Assembly: GCA_943325655.2 (NCBI GenBank)
Contig: CALPQG020000001.1
Coordinates: 1 to 29,105, forward strand
DNA from: Bifidobacterium breve
GTDB taxonomy: Bacteria; Bacteroidota; Bacteroidia; Cytophagales; UBA9547
Direction of reading: 5' to 3'
DNA length: 29,105 nt
Shown: positions 7,645 to 17,344 of the stretch, piece by piece
Layout: the number at the start of each line of letters is the position of its first letter
Position numbering within the stretch: position 1 is the first letter of the stretch
Translations under genes and position numbers: made by a program
The notes under the pieces: model-generated
The model's input: the letters and a program-made list of their open reading frames with translations, nothing else
Database searches by the model: none
Told to the model about the DNA's origin: nothing

Positions 7645-10086
7645 CTATTCATTTTCAATTTTCAATTTTTTACAAGGATCGAAATCTGATAAATTCACAA
7701 AAGGATTCATTTCAATTTCAGACTTTGGCAAAACATTTTCTTTGATGTTCAACTTAGGAATTTTCACTTCTGTTCTCCTATTTAATTGGTGTTCCTCTTC
7801 GGTACATTCAACCTCATTTTTACAATGGTTAATCAATTGCGTTTCACCATATCCTTTTGCGGTGATTCTTTTAGAAGCAATACCTTTACCCACAATATAC
7901 GCGACAGCAGCATTGGCTCGTTTTTGAGAAAGTAGTTTGTTGTAACTATCACTTCCTCTTGCATCAGTATGAGAACCCAATTCAACGCTTATGGTTGGAT
8001 AGTCATTTAAAAAAGTCACCAAATGATCCAATACGATGGCAGCGTCAGGTCTAATAGTTGCCATGTCAAAATCATAATAAAGGTCTTTAACTTCCAATGT
8101 CATATTTTTTTCCATTTTATTCAATTCCAATGGATCAATTGAAGCAGTAGCTTTTGCTTTGATAACTTCCAATTGTTGACAGTCGGCAAAATAGATTTGG
8201 TGAAGTGCTTTGATTAAATAATTGTTTTTCCTCTTTCCTTTAAATTGGTAATTGCCATCATTATCAGATAGATGCACCTGATATTCTTTCGTTTTGGTAT
8301 CATACACATAAACCTTTGCATTTGCAATACCAATTTTAGTGTTAGCATCAATGACTTTACTACTAATCAGGATATTTTCTTCTGATTCTTCAAAAATCAA
8401 ATTCAACGTATCGTTTATAATACTGTTATTACTGATTTCAAAAGCTGTTTTAATAGTATCAAGACCAATATGAGATCCGGTGACATGCAGCTTTTGACCT
8501 AAATCTACCTCTAAACTTGTTGGTTTTGCTTCTTTCGAAACAACAGCTGTAACGCCTTCATTTGTAACTGCATTTGTAAGCGCAACATGCACTGAATCAA
8601 GCGCAATAATATCCCCGTTCAACTTTTTTAGTTTTGTCACAATAACCAACATTTTTTGTTCTATTCTATAGTCATAAACATAAAATATATCATCATCAAT
8701 ACCGCCATGTTTTCTATTTGAACTTAAGTAAGCGTGTTGTTTCCCGAGCGTAATGTATCCAAAATCATCTTTATTAGAGTTGATAGGATAAGCCAAATTT
8801 TTGGGAATAACCTCAGTATTTAATGGTTTTTTGAAGATATCTAAACCTCCAAATCCTCCCCAGCCATCGGAAGAAAAATACAATACATTGTTGGCATCCA
8901 CATAAGGAAAAACTTCGGTTTCAGAAGTGTTTACCGTAGGGCCTAGATTTTCTGGTTTACTCCATACGCCATTGTTATTTACAACTTTGTATAAATCCAT
9001 TCCCCCAAATCCACCAGGCATATCAGATGCAAAAATCATCGTATTGCCATCTTTCAAAAGGGCTGGGTGACAAACAGAATAATTGTGGCTATTGAATGGC
9101 AACCTTTTGACATCTTTATACTTGCCTTTGGCATTCAAATCAGCCTCAGCAATGATTAATTTAATGACACCTCCAATTTTTTTACTTTGTTTATCATTGG
9201 TAGTAAAATACATCTTCTTTTGGTCTGAGGAAAATGAAACAGCACCTTCATGGTATTTAGAATGAAGGTGCTTGTTATATTTAACAGAAACATCCCCATA
9301 AGATTTATCTTTGGTCCACATCGAGTCGTCTAAAGGATGGTGGCCATAATACCCCAATGTAGGTCCTTCATTGGCCGTTAGGGGAGTGTGGTCATCGTGT
9401 AAATTTTCAATTTTATCTGAATAAGAAATATGTAATCCCTCATTTTCTACACTACCCAAAGGTCTTTTATAAATTTTCTTTTCAATTTTAGTAGTATCCG
9501 CTACATACAAATCTAAGAAAGGCGTATGGTTCCATTCAGAAACTTTATGAACTGGACCAGAAGCTCTATTGGAAACAAAAATCAAATTATTGTCTAAAAT
9601 ATAAGGTGAAAATTCAGTCCAGTGTGAATTGATATTGAGGTCATAAACTTTTATGTATAAGGAATCGTGTTCAATGCTGGGAAGCTGCTCCAAAAATGAA
9701 ATATGGTTTGCTGCTACTACATCTTTAGGTTCTAAAACAAGGTATTTTTTCCAATAAGATAAGGCTTCGCTATATTTTGCATTGCCAGTAAGGGCCATTG
9801 CTAAATTTTTCAACGCTACTTCATCGTTTTGATCCTGCTCCACCACCTTGCGAAGAATACGCTCAGCATCTTTAGAATCATTTACCTTTAGGTATGCTTC
9901 TGCAAGATTTTTTAAATCATTCATTCCGGCTTGGTTTGCCTCCAACAATTTTTCATATTGAATGATAGCCGTAGCATAATTCATTCGTTTAAATTCTTTT
10001 TCGGCAGTTTCTTTGGTATAGGTCGCTTGTCCAAAAAGGAAGGTATAAGTAACCAGCATCACTAACGTAAGGATAGATTTTTTCAT
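7645..10086 (-). CDS. PorE-like OmpA family protein (TPR + PD40 beta-propeller + carboxypeptidase-regulatory-like + OmpA_C)
   Basis: N-terminal TPRs (NYATAIIQYE); PD40 repeats (FASDMPGGFGGMDLY, FSSDGWGGFGGLDIF); OmpA_C (LYYDFD, GSHTDARGSDSYN..LSQKRA, NRRTE). Confidence 0.92.
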   Translation of the reverse strand: MKKSILTLVMLVTYTFLFGQATYTKETAEKEFKRMNYATAIIQYEKLLEANQAGMNDLKNLAEAYLKVNDSKDAERILRKVVEQDQNDEVALKNLAMALTGNAKYSEALSYWKKYLVLEPKDVVAANHISFLEQLPSIEHDSLYIKVYDLNINSHWTEFSPYILDNNLIFVSNRASGPVHKVSEWNHTPFLDLYVADTTKIEKKIYKRPLGSVENEGLHISYSDKIENLHDDHTPLTANEGPTLGYYGHHPLDDSMWTKDKSYGDVSVKYNKHLHSKYHEGAVSFSSDQKKMYFTTNDKQSKKIGGVIKLIIAEADLNAKGKYKDVKRLPFNSHNYSVCHPALLKDGNTMIFASDMPGGFGGMDLYKVVNNNGVWSKPENLGPTVNTSETEVFPYVDANNVLYFSSDGWGGFGGLDIFKKPLNTEVIPKNLAYPINSNKDDFGYITLGKQHAYLSSNRKHGGIDDDIFYVYDYRIEQKMLVIVTKLKKLNGDIIALDSVHVALTNAVTNEGVTAVVSKEAKPTSLEVDLGQKLHVTGSHIGLDTIKTAFEISNNSIINDTLNLIFEESEENILISSKVIDANTKIGIANAKVYVYDTKTKEYQVHLSDNDGNYQFKGKRKNNYLIKALHQIYFADCQQLEVIKAKATASIDPLELNKMEKNMTLEVKDLYYDFDMATIRPDAAIVLDHLVTFLNDYPTISVELGSHTDARGSDSYNKLLSQKRANAAVAYIVGKGIASKRITAKGYGETQLINHCKNEVECTEEEHQLNRRTEVKIPKLNIKENVLPKSEIEMNPFVNLSDFDPCKKLKIENE

Positions 10087-10104
10087 TGTTATATACTTTA
10101 AATA

Positions 10105-11031
10105 TTAAAAATACCTGGGTGTTAAAATACTTGCATTTGAGGTAGCAAATTCGTACCTAATCATAATTTCATGAGACCCTTTGGTGATGCTATTGCTTAA
10201 ACTTGTAGTCGTATAATCATACGCATAACCAACTTTAAAGCCTTGAAAAGGACTAAACTCAAGTAAGCCAACAACAGCATCTAAAGTTCTGTAAGAAACC
10301 CCAAGAGATAACTTATCATAAAACCAAAAGTTTAAGTTTAAATCCAGCAATAGTGGAGCTCCCGAAGCAGCTTTAAACATAAAAGAAGGCTTAACGACTA
10401 AAATTGGATGCAAGCGCTTCACAAAACCTGCCATTAAAAAATAATGACGTGCTTGTTCAGCATTGATTTTTAAAGTATTGTTTTTATATAAGTTATTGTT
10501 GTATAGTCTTGGCATTGAAGCACCAGCATACCATTTATCGGTAGCATAATATACCCCTAAACCCAAATTGGGTAGCACTTTGTTCACATTAGTACTAAAA
10601 GCCGGATCATATTTGTTGTCAATTAAATCAATGGAGGTCAAGTCTGCGGCATAATACGATCCACCGATGGTTCCACCTAAACTTAATGTTCCGGCATTGG
10701 TTAAGCGAATTCTTTGAGCATAAGTAAAATAAACGCCTGTATTTTTATCGGCTCCAATGTAATCGGTATAAATCAATCCACCAATACCGACTTTTTCATT
10801 TAAAATTGGCATGTCTGCAGCCAGCGTGGCGGTTCTAGGCGCCCCACCAATTCCATTCCACTGATTTCTATACAATAAAGTTAAGTTTAAAACATCCCTA
10901 CTGCCCGCATAAGCAGGGTTTATAGCCAAAGTATTAAACATGTATTGTGAATATTGAGGATCCTGTTGGGCATATCCGGTAGCACAAGCTAAGCTCCAAA
11001 GCAGCACAATTATTCTAAAATTCTTTTTCAT
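10105..11031 (-). CDS. PorP/SprF family type IX secretion outer-membrane protein
   Basis: QQDPQYSQYMFNTLAINPAYAGS, YRNQWNGIGGAP, GYAYD, GSHEIMIRYEF. ATG at 11031 preferred over the track's TTG at 11058. Confidence 0.94.
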   Translation of the reverse strand: MKKNFRIIVLLWSLACATGYAQQDPQYSQYMFNTLAINPAYAGSRDVLNLTLLYRNQWNGIGGAPRTATLAADMPILNEKVGIGGLIYTDYIGADKNTGVYFTYAQRIRLTNAGTLSLGGTIGGSYYAADLTSIDLIDNKYDPAFSTNVNKVLPNLGLGVYYATDKWYAGASMPRLYNNNLYKNNTLKINAEQARHYFLMAGFVKRLHPILVVKPSFMFKAASGAPLLLDLNLNFWFYDKLSLGVSYRTLDAVVGLLEFSPFQGFKVGYAYDYTTTSLSNSITKGSHEIMIRYEFATSNASILTPRYF

Positions 11032-11077
11032 AATCTTAATATTATACGTTATAAACAATAGCTGTTATGGTTAATTT

Positions 11078-14071
11078 CTATCTTCTAAGGGTGATGTATT
11101 TAACCACTTTATCCACTTCACCAGACAATAATTTTACCTCTGCCACTAAAAAATAGGTGCCGTCTGGTAGGCCCTCACCAATCACAAGTCCTGAATTGGC
11201 ATTGCCATCAAAATTGTCATCATAATTTTTCTTTTCGTAAACCAAATTTCCCCAACGGTTGTAAATTAAAACATCAATTGGAATTTTAAGTGGATTAAAA
11301 ATTTCAAAATTATCGTGGACTAAATCATTATTGGGTGAAAATCCTGAAGGTATTTTATACTCACATACTGCCACTAGTATACTATCAGATTTTTTACATC
11401 CATTTAAATCACTGACAGTAACGGTATATGTTTTCGTAATTAATGGGCTAAATGCTACATTGTTGGTAACGCCATTGTTCCAAGCATAAGAATTTCCACC
11501 CTGACCAAATAAGGTTACCAAATCGCCGGCACAAACTGAAGTTGCACTTGCATTGGCTTTTACATCACTGGAATTTGAAGGAAACAAGGTCACTTTCACG
11601 GTATCAGAGGCTGAACAACCATGGATGTCCATACCAACAACTTTGTATGTTTTGGTGATGGTTGGAACAAAACTTACATTGTTCAATACACCATTGTCCC
11701 AAACATAGGTACTCGCTCCAGCACCTATTAGTGTAACCTGATCTCCAGGACAAACAGCAATTGGATTACCGGCATCAACTTCTGGTAAGGAATATACAGT
11801 TACAGTTACTTCGTCTGTAGAAGGCAATGCACATTGATTTGCAGTGGGACTTGTAACAGTGTAGGTTTGTGTACTGGATGGCGCAAATGCAACATAATCA
11901 ATAACTCCTTTGTCCCAAGTATAAGTAGTTCCTCCAGAGCCAAACAAGGTCACTGAATCACCAGGACAAATGGCTAATTTACTCGCATTGGCTTTTATAG
12001 GCACCGAAGTTTTGGTATTTACCATTACCACCACAGTAGCAGTATTTGAACAACCATTGGTAGTACCTGTTACCGTATACGTTTTGGTAGCTAATGGCGT
12101 AAAAGTTACATTATTCATTACGCCATTGTCCCAGGTATAAGTGGTGGCACCAGAGCCATTTAAAGTAACCGTATCGCCTTCGCATCTTGTTTGAGGAGCA
12201 CCGGCAGACACAATTGGTTTCGGAATAACATTCACCGTAATCGTATCAGGTAAAGGGGTGGTACATCCATTTGCCACCGGACTATTCACGGTATAAACTT
12301 GAGTACCACTAGGTACAAATGCTTTTTTGTCAATTACACCATTGTCCCAAGTAAATGTGCTTGCTCCTGTTCCAAATAAGGTAACAGAATCACCTTCACA
12401 AACATTTTTGCTAGAAGCATGGGCATCAATGATAACATCATTAGTGATTACACTTACCGTCACATTTGAAGTAGAAGTACAACCACTAAGTGTTCCGGTA
12501 AGTTTATAGGTTGTAGTCGTTGTTGGAGTAGCAATTGGGTTCGCAATGGTTGCATCATTCAAAGAAGCAGCAGGACTCCATAAAAAGGTTGCACCAGGAT
12601 TGCCCGTTCCATTTAAAGTTGTAGCACCACCAGCACAAATTGAAATGGGATTTCCTGCTGAAACGTTCGGACTTATTAAAGTATTAGAAAGCGTTTTTGT
12701 GCCTGAACAACCAGTGGCATCAGTAACGGTAAGCGTATAAGATTGGGTAATGGCTATTTGCTTGACAACAATTTCATTGGGGGTTCCTGTACCTGTTGGG
12801 GACCAGGTAAAAGTAAATGCAGGATTAGGCTCAGCCTTCAAAACAATATCGTCATTGACACAAATACCTGGATTTTTAATATAAAAATCAGCCACTGGTG
12901 AAGCTTTAAGCGTTACCGTAACGGTTGCTAAATTGGAACAATCGTTGGCATCAGTACCTGTAACAGTATATGTTGTTGTGATGAATGGTTTTGCAATTGG
13001 ATTGTTGCTATTGGGATCTGATAATGTTGCCGTTGGAGTCCAGGTGTATTTTCCTCCAACTCCAGCACCACTGGCTACAAGTTGAACCGAATCTCCCTTA
13101 CAAACTGCAGCAGGTGTTGGAACTGTTATGGTTGGAGGATTACCAGGTTTGTACGCAATCACAACCGAATCGGTAGCGGTACAAGTTAATGTACTAAATG
13201 AAATATCGTCTAATGCAAAATCATTATACCTGGGAGTTACCACGTTATCTTCGATAGAAATTGTAATAGAAGTATTTGATCCAGAGTTCCAGGTGGCATA
13301 AAACTGGTTCCATTGTTTCGCAGCAGGATTAGGGTTGGCTAAAACTTTATAAACCCCGCCAATATTGGAACCATTAATGTCAAAATTAAGCTCTGGGTTG
13401 ATATCTCCGGCAGGACTTAAGTTACGAACCCAGGCATAAAAAACATATTCTGTATTTGGAGTCACGGTAATATTTTGTTGCCACACCTTAATCCCTGGTA
13501 TTCCGTTACCATCAATAAACATGTATTTTCCGGTGCCGGTGGTATGGTCAGTAAATTGTTCGGCCCAACTTTTATTGGCCAATCCATTAGTCACAATATC
13601 ATAGCGCCCACCGCCACCTGGGAACTCAATATTGGGGGTAAAAATATATCCTGTAGTAAAACCAGTATTTCCTGCACTGAAATCTCCATTGGCAATTAAA
13701 TTTCCGGAACCATATTCAATGGTTTCTAAAATATAAAGCCCTGTATCTTTTACCGTAATACTTTGTGTCGCTTCTCCAGTATTCCATTGATACACTTTTC
13801 CGGCTGGACCAGTCAACATTTTGCTTATGGCTGCTCCTTTGCAAAAATATACGGTGTCAGGGCCCAGGTCAATAGGATCACATCCTTTTACAGATCCTCC
13901 CCTCAATACACGGTTATTGTCCTTATGGGGCGTATTGTTCTTTTCTGAGTTGAATGATGTGTTGGCTTTTGTATTCGCCGCAATTGCCATTTGACCTGAA
14001 GTCATTAAAAATGAAGTAATTAACAACGCAATCATTCCAAAATTTGTCATTCTTCTAAATAATAGTTTCAT
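11078..14071 (-). CDS. T9SS type B (gliding-motility-associated CTD) Ig-repeat surface protein with a CBM-like jelly-roll domain
   Basis: C-terminal IPSGFSPNNDLVHDNFEI..IYNRWGNLVY..FDG..LPDGTYF; eight ~70-aa C..VTL..G...YxW..TYTVT..GC repeats; NLIANGDF...ALDDISF domain. Confidence 0.92.
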   Translation of the reverse strand: MKLLFRRMTNFGMIALLITSFLMTSGQMAIAANTKANTSFNSEKNNTPHKDNNRVLRGGSVKGCDPIDLGPDTVYFCKGAAISKMLTGPAGKVYQWNTGEATQSITVKDTGLYILETIEYGSGNLIANGDFSAGNTGFTTGYIFTPNIEFPGGGGRYDIVTNGLANKSWAEQFTDHTTGTGKYMFIDGNGIPGIKVWQQNITVTPNTEYVFYAWVRNLSPAGDINPELNFDINGSNIGGVYKVLANPNPAAKQWNQFYATWNSGSNTSITISIEDNVVTPRYNDFALDDISFSTLTCTATDSVVIAYKPGNPPTITVPTPAAVCKGDSVQLVASGAGVGGKYTWTPTATLSDPNSNNPIAKPFITTTYTVTGTDANDCSNLATVTVTLKASPVADFYIKNPGICVNDDIVLKAEPNPAFTFTWSPTGTGTPNEIVVKQIAITQSYTLTVTDATGCSGTKTLSNTLISPNVSAGNPISICAGGATTLNGTGNPGATFLWSPAASLNDATIANPIATPTTTTTYKLTGTLSGCTSTSNVTVSVITNDVIIDAHASSKNVCEGDSVTLFGTGASTFTWDNGVIDKKAFVPSGTQVYTVNSPVANGCTTPLPDTITVNVIPKPIVSAGAPQTRCEGDTVTLNGSGATTYTWDNGVMNNVTFTPLATKTYTVTGTTNGCSNTATVVVMVNTKTSVPIKANASKLAICPGDSVTLFGSGGTTYTWDKGVIDYVAFAPSSTQTYTVTSPTANQCALPSTDEVTVTVYSLPEVDAGNPIAVCPGDQVTLIGAGASTYVWDNGVLNNVSFVPTITKTYKVVGMDIHGCSASDTVKVTLFPSNSSDVKANASATSVCAGDLVTLFGQGGNSYAWNNGVTNNVAFSPLITKTYTVTVSDLNGCKKSDSILVAVCEYKIPSGFSPNNDLVHDNFEIFNPLKIPIDVLIYNRWGNLVYEKKNYDDNFDGNANSGLVIGEGLPDGTYFLVAEVKLLSGEVDKVVKYITLRR

Positions 14072-14162
14072 ATTCTTTTGTTTTTAGTTGACATACATAC
14101 CGAATAGAGTAAAAAAGTAATTATAAAATTATATGAAATAATAAATTAACTATTTTATGTAG

Positions 14163-14170
14163 CAAATATA
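14163..14170 (-). promoter_or_regulatory. Putative -7 promoter element (TATATTTG-C) for the CTD-B/porP/ompA operon
   Basis: CAAATATA on the + strand, about 90 nt upstream of the ATG at 14071. Confidence 0.45.
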
Positions 14171-14287
14171 CTATTTTATCTTTCAATATTAATAAATAAG
14201 TTTCAATATATTTCTATATATTATATTTTTCGATAAATAATAATTATTTGAAATATTTTAAATGGCTTTCAGGTAATAAAAAACATT

Positions 14288-14416
14288 TGAGCAGACAGCA
14301 GGATTACTCCTTCGCCTTTCTCAGACCACCGTGAATGCTCCGGTACAAGGAAGGCTGCGGTTTCTTCAGATTGTTTAAATCTAATGTCATGCAAGGCGGT
14401 ATAAACCTTGTCCTAA
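14288..14416 (-). ncRNA. ssrS: Probable 6S RNA (Bacteroidota short form)
   Basis: GC-richer island in AT-rich DNA. Minus strand folds as a rod: GGACA/TGTCT, AGG/CCT, TTAT/GTAA, CGCCTT/AAGGCG, then a central bubble, then a terminal ACCG/CGGT...TCC/GGA stem; G-U wobbles favour the minus strand. Family assignment is from recollection of Bacteroidota 6S sequences; ends are approximate. Confidence 0.6.
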
Positions 14417-14655
14417 CTATTTGTGATTCATCACTTAATAGACTATATTTCTTTCAGTAAAACCACTAGCTATAACGCTAGGTTAATAAACAACTTTTTT
14501 AAAAAATCATTGAATTGTACTGACACTAATTAGCTAAAGATGTTTCAATGCTATTGCAGCAATTGCGAATAAGCCACAAAAGCAAATTCATGCATTCAAA
14601 ATAAACTTTTTTTATAATTCCACTCTTCCCTTTACTACAACTAGTACATTTCAAC

Positions 14656-14663
14656 TATATTTG
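14656..14663 (+). promoter_or_regulatory. Putative -7 promoter element (TATATTTG) for murF-alr
   Basis: TAnnTTTG 40 nt upstream of the ATG at 14704. Confidence 0.45.
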
Positions 14664-14703
14664 AAAATCAATATTTCATGATTCTGAAAACAAAAAAGTC
14701 AAC

Positions 14704-17184
14704 ATGTTTACCTTTTTACAAGCGGCCAACATCTGTAACGGAAAAGTCATCAATTTCCAAAACGATTTCCCTGTGCGTCACTTGCTGACAGACAGCCGTA
14801 AAGCCATTATTTCTGACGCTTCCTTATTTTTTGCCATCAAAGGCGAACACCACAACGGGCACCAGTTTCTTAAAGAATTATACAAAAAAGGCATCAAACA
14901 ATTTGTGGTAGAGCGTGAGGCGCACATCACCAAAAGTATGTTTCCCGGAGCCAATATCATTGAAGTAAAATCGGCGGTGACAGCCTTGCAACAATTGGCA
15001 GCACATTATAGAAATGGCTACCATATTCCAGTAATTGGTATCACTGGAAGCAATGCCAAAACCATTATCAAAGAGTGGCTTTCTCAATTGCTGAGCAAAG
15101 ATTTTAACATTGTGCGCAGCCCCAAAAGTTACAATTCTCAAATTGGAGTGCCTTTGTCTGTTTGGCAAATTAACCCCAACCATAACCTTGGCATTTTCGA
15201 AGCAGGAATTTCTAAGCCTGGGGAAATGGAATGTCTGCAAAAAGTAATCAAACCTACCATTGGTATTTTTACCAATATTGGTACGGCGCACAGCGAAGGC
15301 TTTACTGCTGACGAACAAAAAATCAAAGAAAAGCTCAAACTGTTTCGTGAAAGCGAATTGCTTTTTTATTGCAAAGACCATGTAGTGGTAGATGAAATTA
15401 TCAAAACTACTTTTAAAGGCAATTTACCCCGTTTGTTCAGCTGGTCAAAAGTAGACGATACCGCCGATTTGAAAATCGAAATCATTCGCCGCGACCTGCA
15501 CGAAACTATTATTGAGTTCAGTTCCTGTCACGAAGTGTATCACCAAAAATATTCGGTTTTTAAAATCCCGTTTACCGATGATGCATCTATAGAAAACATC
15601 ATTCACTGTATTTGTGTGATGGTATTTTTAAAAGTAGAAGGCGCAGAAATCCAAAACCGTATACGTTTGCTGAAGCCAATTTCCATGCGTTTGGAATTGA
15701 AAGAAGGCATCAACGGATGTGCCATTATCGACGACACTTACAACAACGACTTGGCGGGATTAAAACTCGCCCTCGATTTCTTAACGCAACACAAACCCCA
15801 AAGTAAAAAAACGGTGGTGCTTTCAGACGTGTTGGAAGCAGGAATTACGGACGAAGATTTGTACCAAAGCATTGCAGATTTGTTGGCTTCCAAAGCAATA
15901 GACAAGCTTATTGCGGTGGGAGAAAAAATAGCTGCCTACAAACATTTATTCAAAAAGAACAGCAAATTTTTTCAGGATACAGAAGCATTCCTCCAGAAAA
16001 TAGACAAGAAAAATTTCAACAATGAAATCATCCTGATCAAAGGAGCTAGGGTATTTGGTTTTGAAAAAATTGTAAACATTTTGGAACAAAGGGTTCATGG
16101 CACTGTGCTGGAAATTAACCTGGATGCTTTGTCGCATAACCTTAATTTTTATAGGAACAAATTAAAACCCAATGTCAAAATCATGTGCATGGTGAAATCA
16201 CATGCTTATGGCGCGGGGATATTGGAAGTAGCACATTTGCTGCAATTTCACAGGGTAGATTATTTGGCAGTGGCTTATGTGGACGAAGGCGTTTTGCTTA
16301 GGGAAAATGGAATTTCTCTGCCGATTATGGTTTTGAATCCTTCTGTGCAGACTTTCGAGAAAATGGCTGTAAACAACCTTGAGCCCGAAATTTATAGCCT
16401 TGAAATGCTTCAGGACTATTTAGAATTTATCAATAACAAACCAGCAACCATTCACTTGGCGCTGGATACAGGCATGCACCGTTTGGGTTTTGAATCGGCA
16501 GATCTTGAACAATTGATCAATACCGTCAAATCAAAAAACCATTTGAAAGTAGCCTCCATATTCAGCCATTTGGTAGGAGCTGATGAAGACATGTTCAACG
16601 ATTTTTCGAGAGAACAAATCAAGTTGTTTGAAGAAATGGCCAGTAAAATTGAAACCGGACTTGGCTATAAAACCATCAAACACATTTTAAATTCTGTTGG
16701 AATAGTTCGTTTCCCAAAAGCCCAGTTTGACATGGTACGCCTTGGCATTGGTTTATACGGCATTGAAGCTACAGGGATTGAACAGGATGGATTACAGACA
16801 GTTGGGACACTAAAAACCATCATTTCTCAAATCAAGGAAATCGCAAAAGGGGAAACAGTGGGTTACAGTCGTAAAGGAAAAGTGAATGACAACATGACCA
16901 TTGCTACCATTGCCATTGGTTATGGTGATGGATTTAGCCGCAGGTTCAGCAATGGCGTTGGACATGTGTTGATCAAAGGACAGGAAGCGCCCATCATCGG
17001 CAATATTTGTATGGACATGTGCATGGTCGACATTTCCAATATTGACGCAAAGGAAGGTGACGAAGTAATTGTTTTCGGAAAAGACCTGAGCATTTCAGAA
17101 TTGGCAAAAGCCATAGACACCATTCCTTATGAAATCCTGACCAATGTCAGTGAAAGGGTAAAAAGGGTGTTTTATTCGGAGTAG
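14704..17184 (+). CDS. alr: Bifunctional MurF-like ligase / alanine racemase fusion
   Basis: N-terminal Mur ligase motifs (ITGSNAKT, SYNSQIG, EAGIS, IDDTYN, LIKGAR); C-terminal Alr motifs (LEINL, VKSHAYG PLP Lys, HLALDTGMHRLG, SIFSH, TVGYS, GNICMDM, PYEILT). Confidence 0.95.
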   Translation: MFTFLQAANICNGKVINFQNDFPVRHLLTDSRKAIISDASLFFAIKGEHHNGHQFLKELYKKGIKQFVVEREAHITKSMFPGANIIEVKSAVTALQQLAAHYRNGYHIPVIGITGSNAKTIIKEWLSQLLSKDFNIVRSPKSYNSQIGVPLSVWQINPNHNLGIFEAGISKPGEMECLQKVIKPTIGIFTNIGTAHSEGFTADEQKIKEKLKLFRESELLFYCKDHVVVDEIIKTTFKGNLPRLFSWSKVDDTADLKIEIIRRDLHETIIEFSSCHEVYHQKYSVFKIPFTDDASIENIIHCICVMVFLKVEGAEIQNRIRLLKPISMRLELKEGINGCAIIDDTYNNDLAGLKLALDFLTQHKPQSKKTVVLSDVLEAGITDEDLYQSIADLLASKAIDKLIAVGEKIAAYKHLFKKNSKFFQDTEAFLQKIDKKNFNNEIILIKGARVFGFEKIVNILEQRVHGTVLEINLDALSHNLNFYRNKLKPNVKIMCMVKSHAYGAGILEVAHLLQFHRVDYLAVAYVDEGVLLRENGISLPIMVLNPSVQTFEKMAVNNLEPEIYSLEMLQDYLEFINNKPATIHLALDTGMHRLGFESADLEQLINTVKSKNHLKVASIFSHLVGADEDMFNDFSREQIKLFEEMASKIETGLGYKTIKHILNSVGIVRFPKAQFDMVRLGIGLYGIEATGIEQDGLQTVGTLKTIISQIKEIAKGETVGYSRKGKVNDNMTIATIAIGYGDGFSRRFSNGVGHVLIKGQEAPIIGNICMDMCMVDISNIDAKEGDEVIVFGKDLSISELAKAIDTIPYEILTNVSERVKRVFYSE

Positions 17185-17191
17185 TTTTGAA

Positions 17192-17261
17192 GGTATTAGG
17201 TACAGGGTACAGAGTACAGAGTACAGAGTATAGAGTACAAAGTACAGAGTAAAGAGTGCAG
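17192..17261 (+). repeat. Heptanucleotide tandem repeat, 10 units, consensus AGTACAG
   Basis: GGTATTA GGTACAG GGTACAG AGTACAG AGTACAG AGTATAG AGTACAA AGTACAG AGTAAAG AGTGCAG. Confidence 0.9.
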
Positions 17262-17344
17262 CGTAATGATATTTTTAAACAGCTCACATTTTAATTCATA
17301 CAATGAGTGAGATTTATTCTTAAACTTCAATTAAACCAATTCCT

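Noticed and set aside
14291-14362. SRP RNA (ffs) or riboswitch interpretation of the GC-rich island
   Set aside because: Lacks the SRP helix-8 GNRA/AGCAG arrangement and TPP, SAM or cobalamin consensus motifs; the rod-plus-bubble fold fits 6S better
17192-17261. CRISPR-like interpretation of the repeats here and at 20805/23473
   Set aside because: No repeat-spacer array: the heptamers have no spacers, the larger elements are 2.7 kb apart, and no cas genes are present
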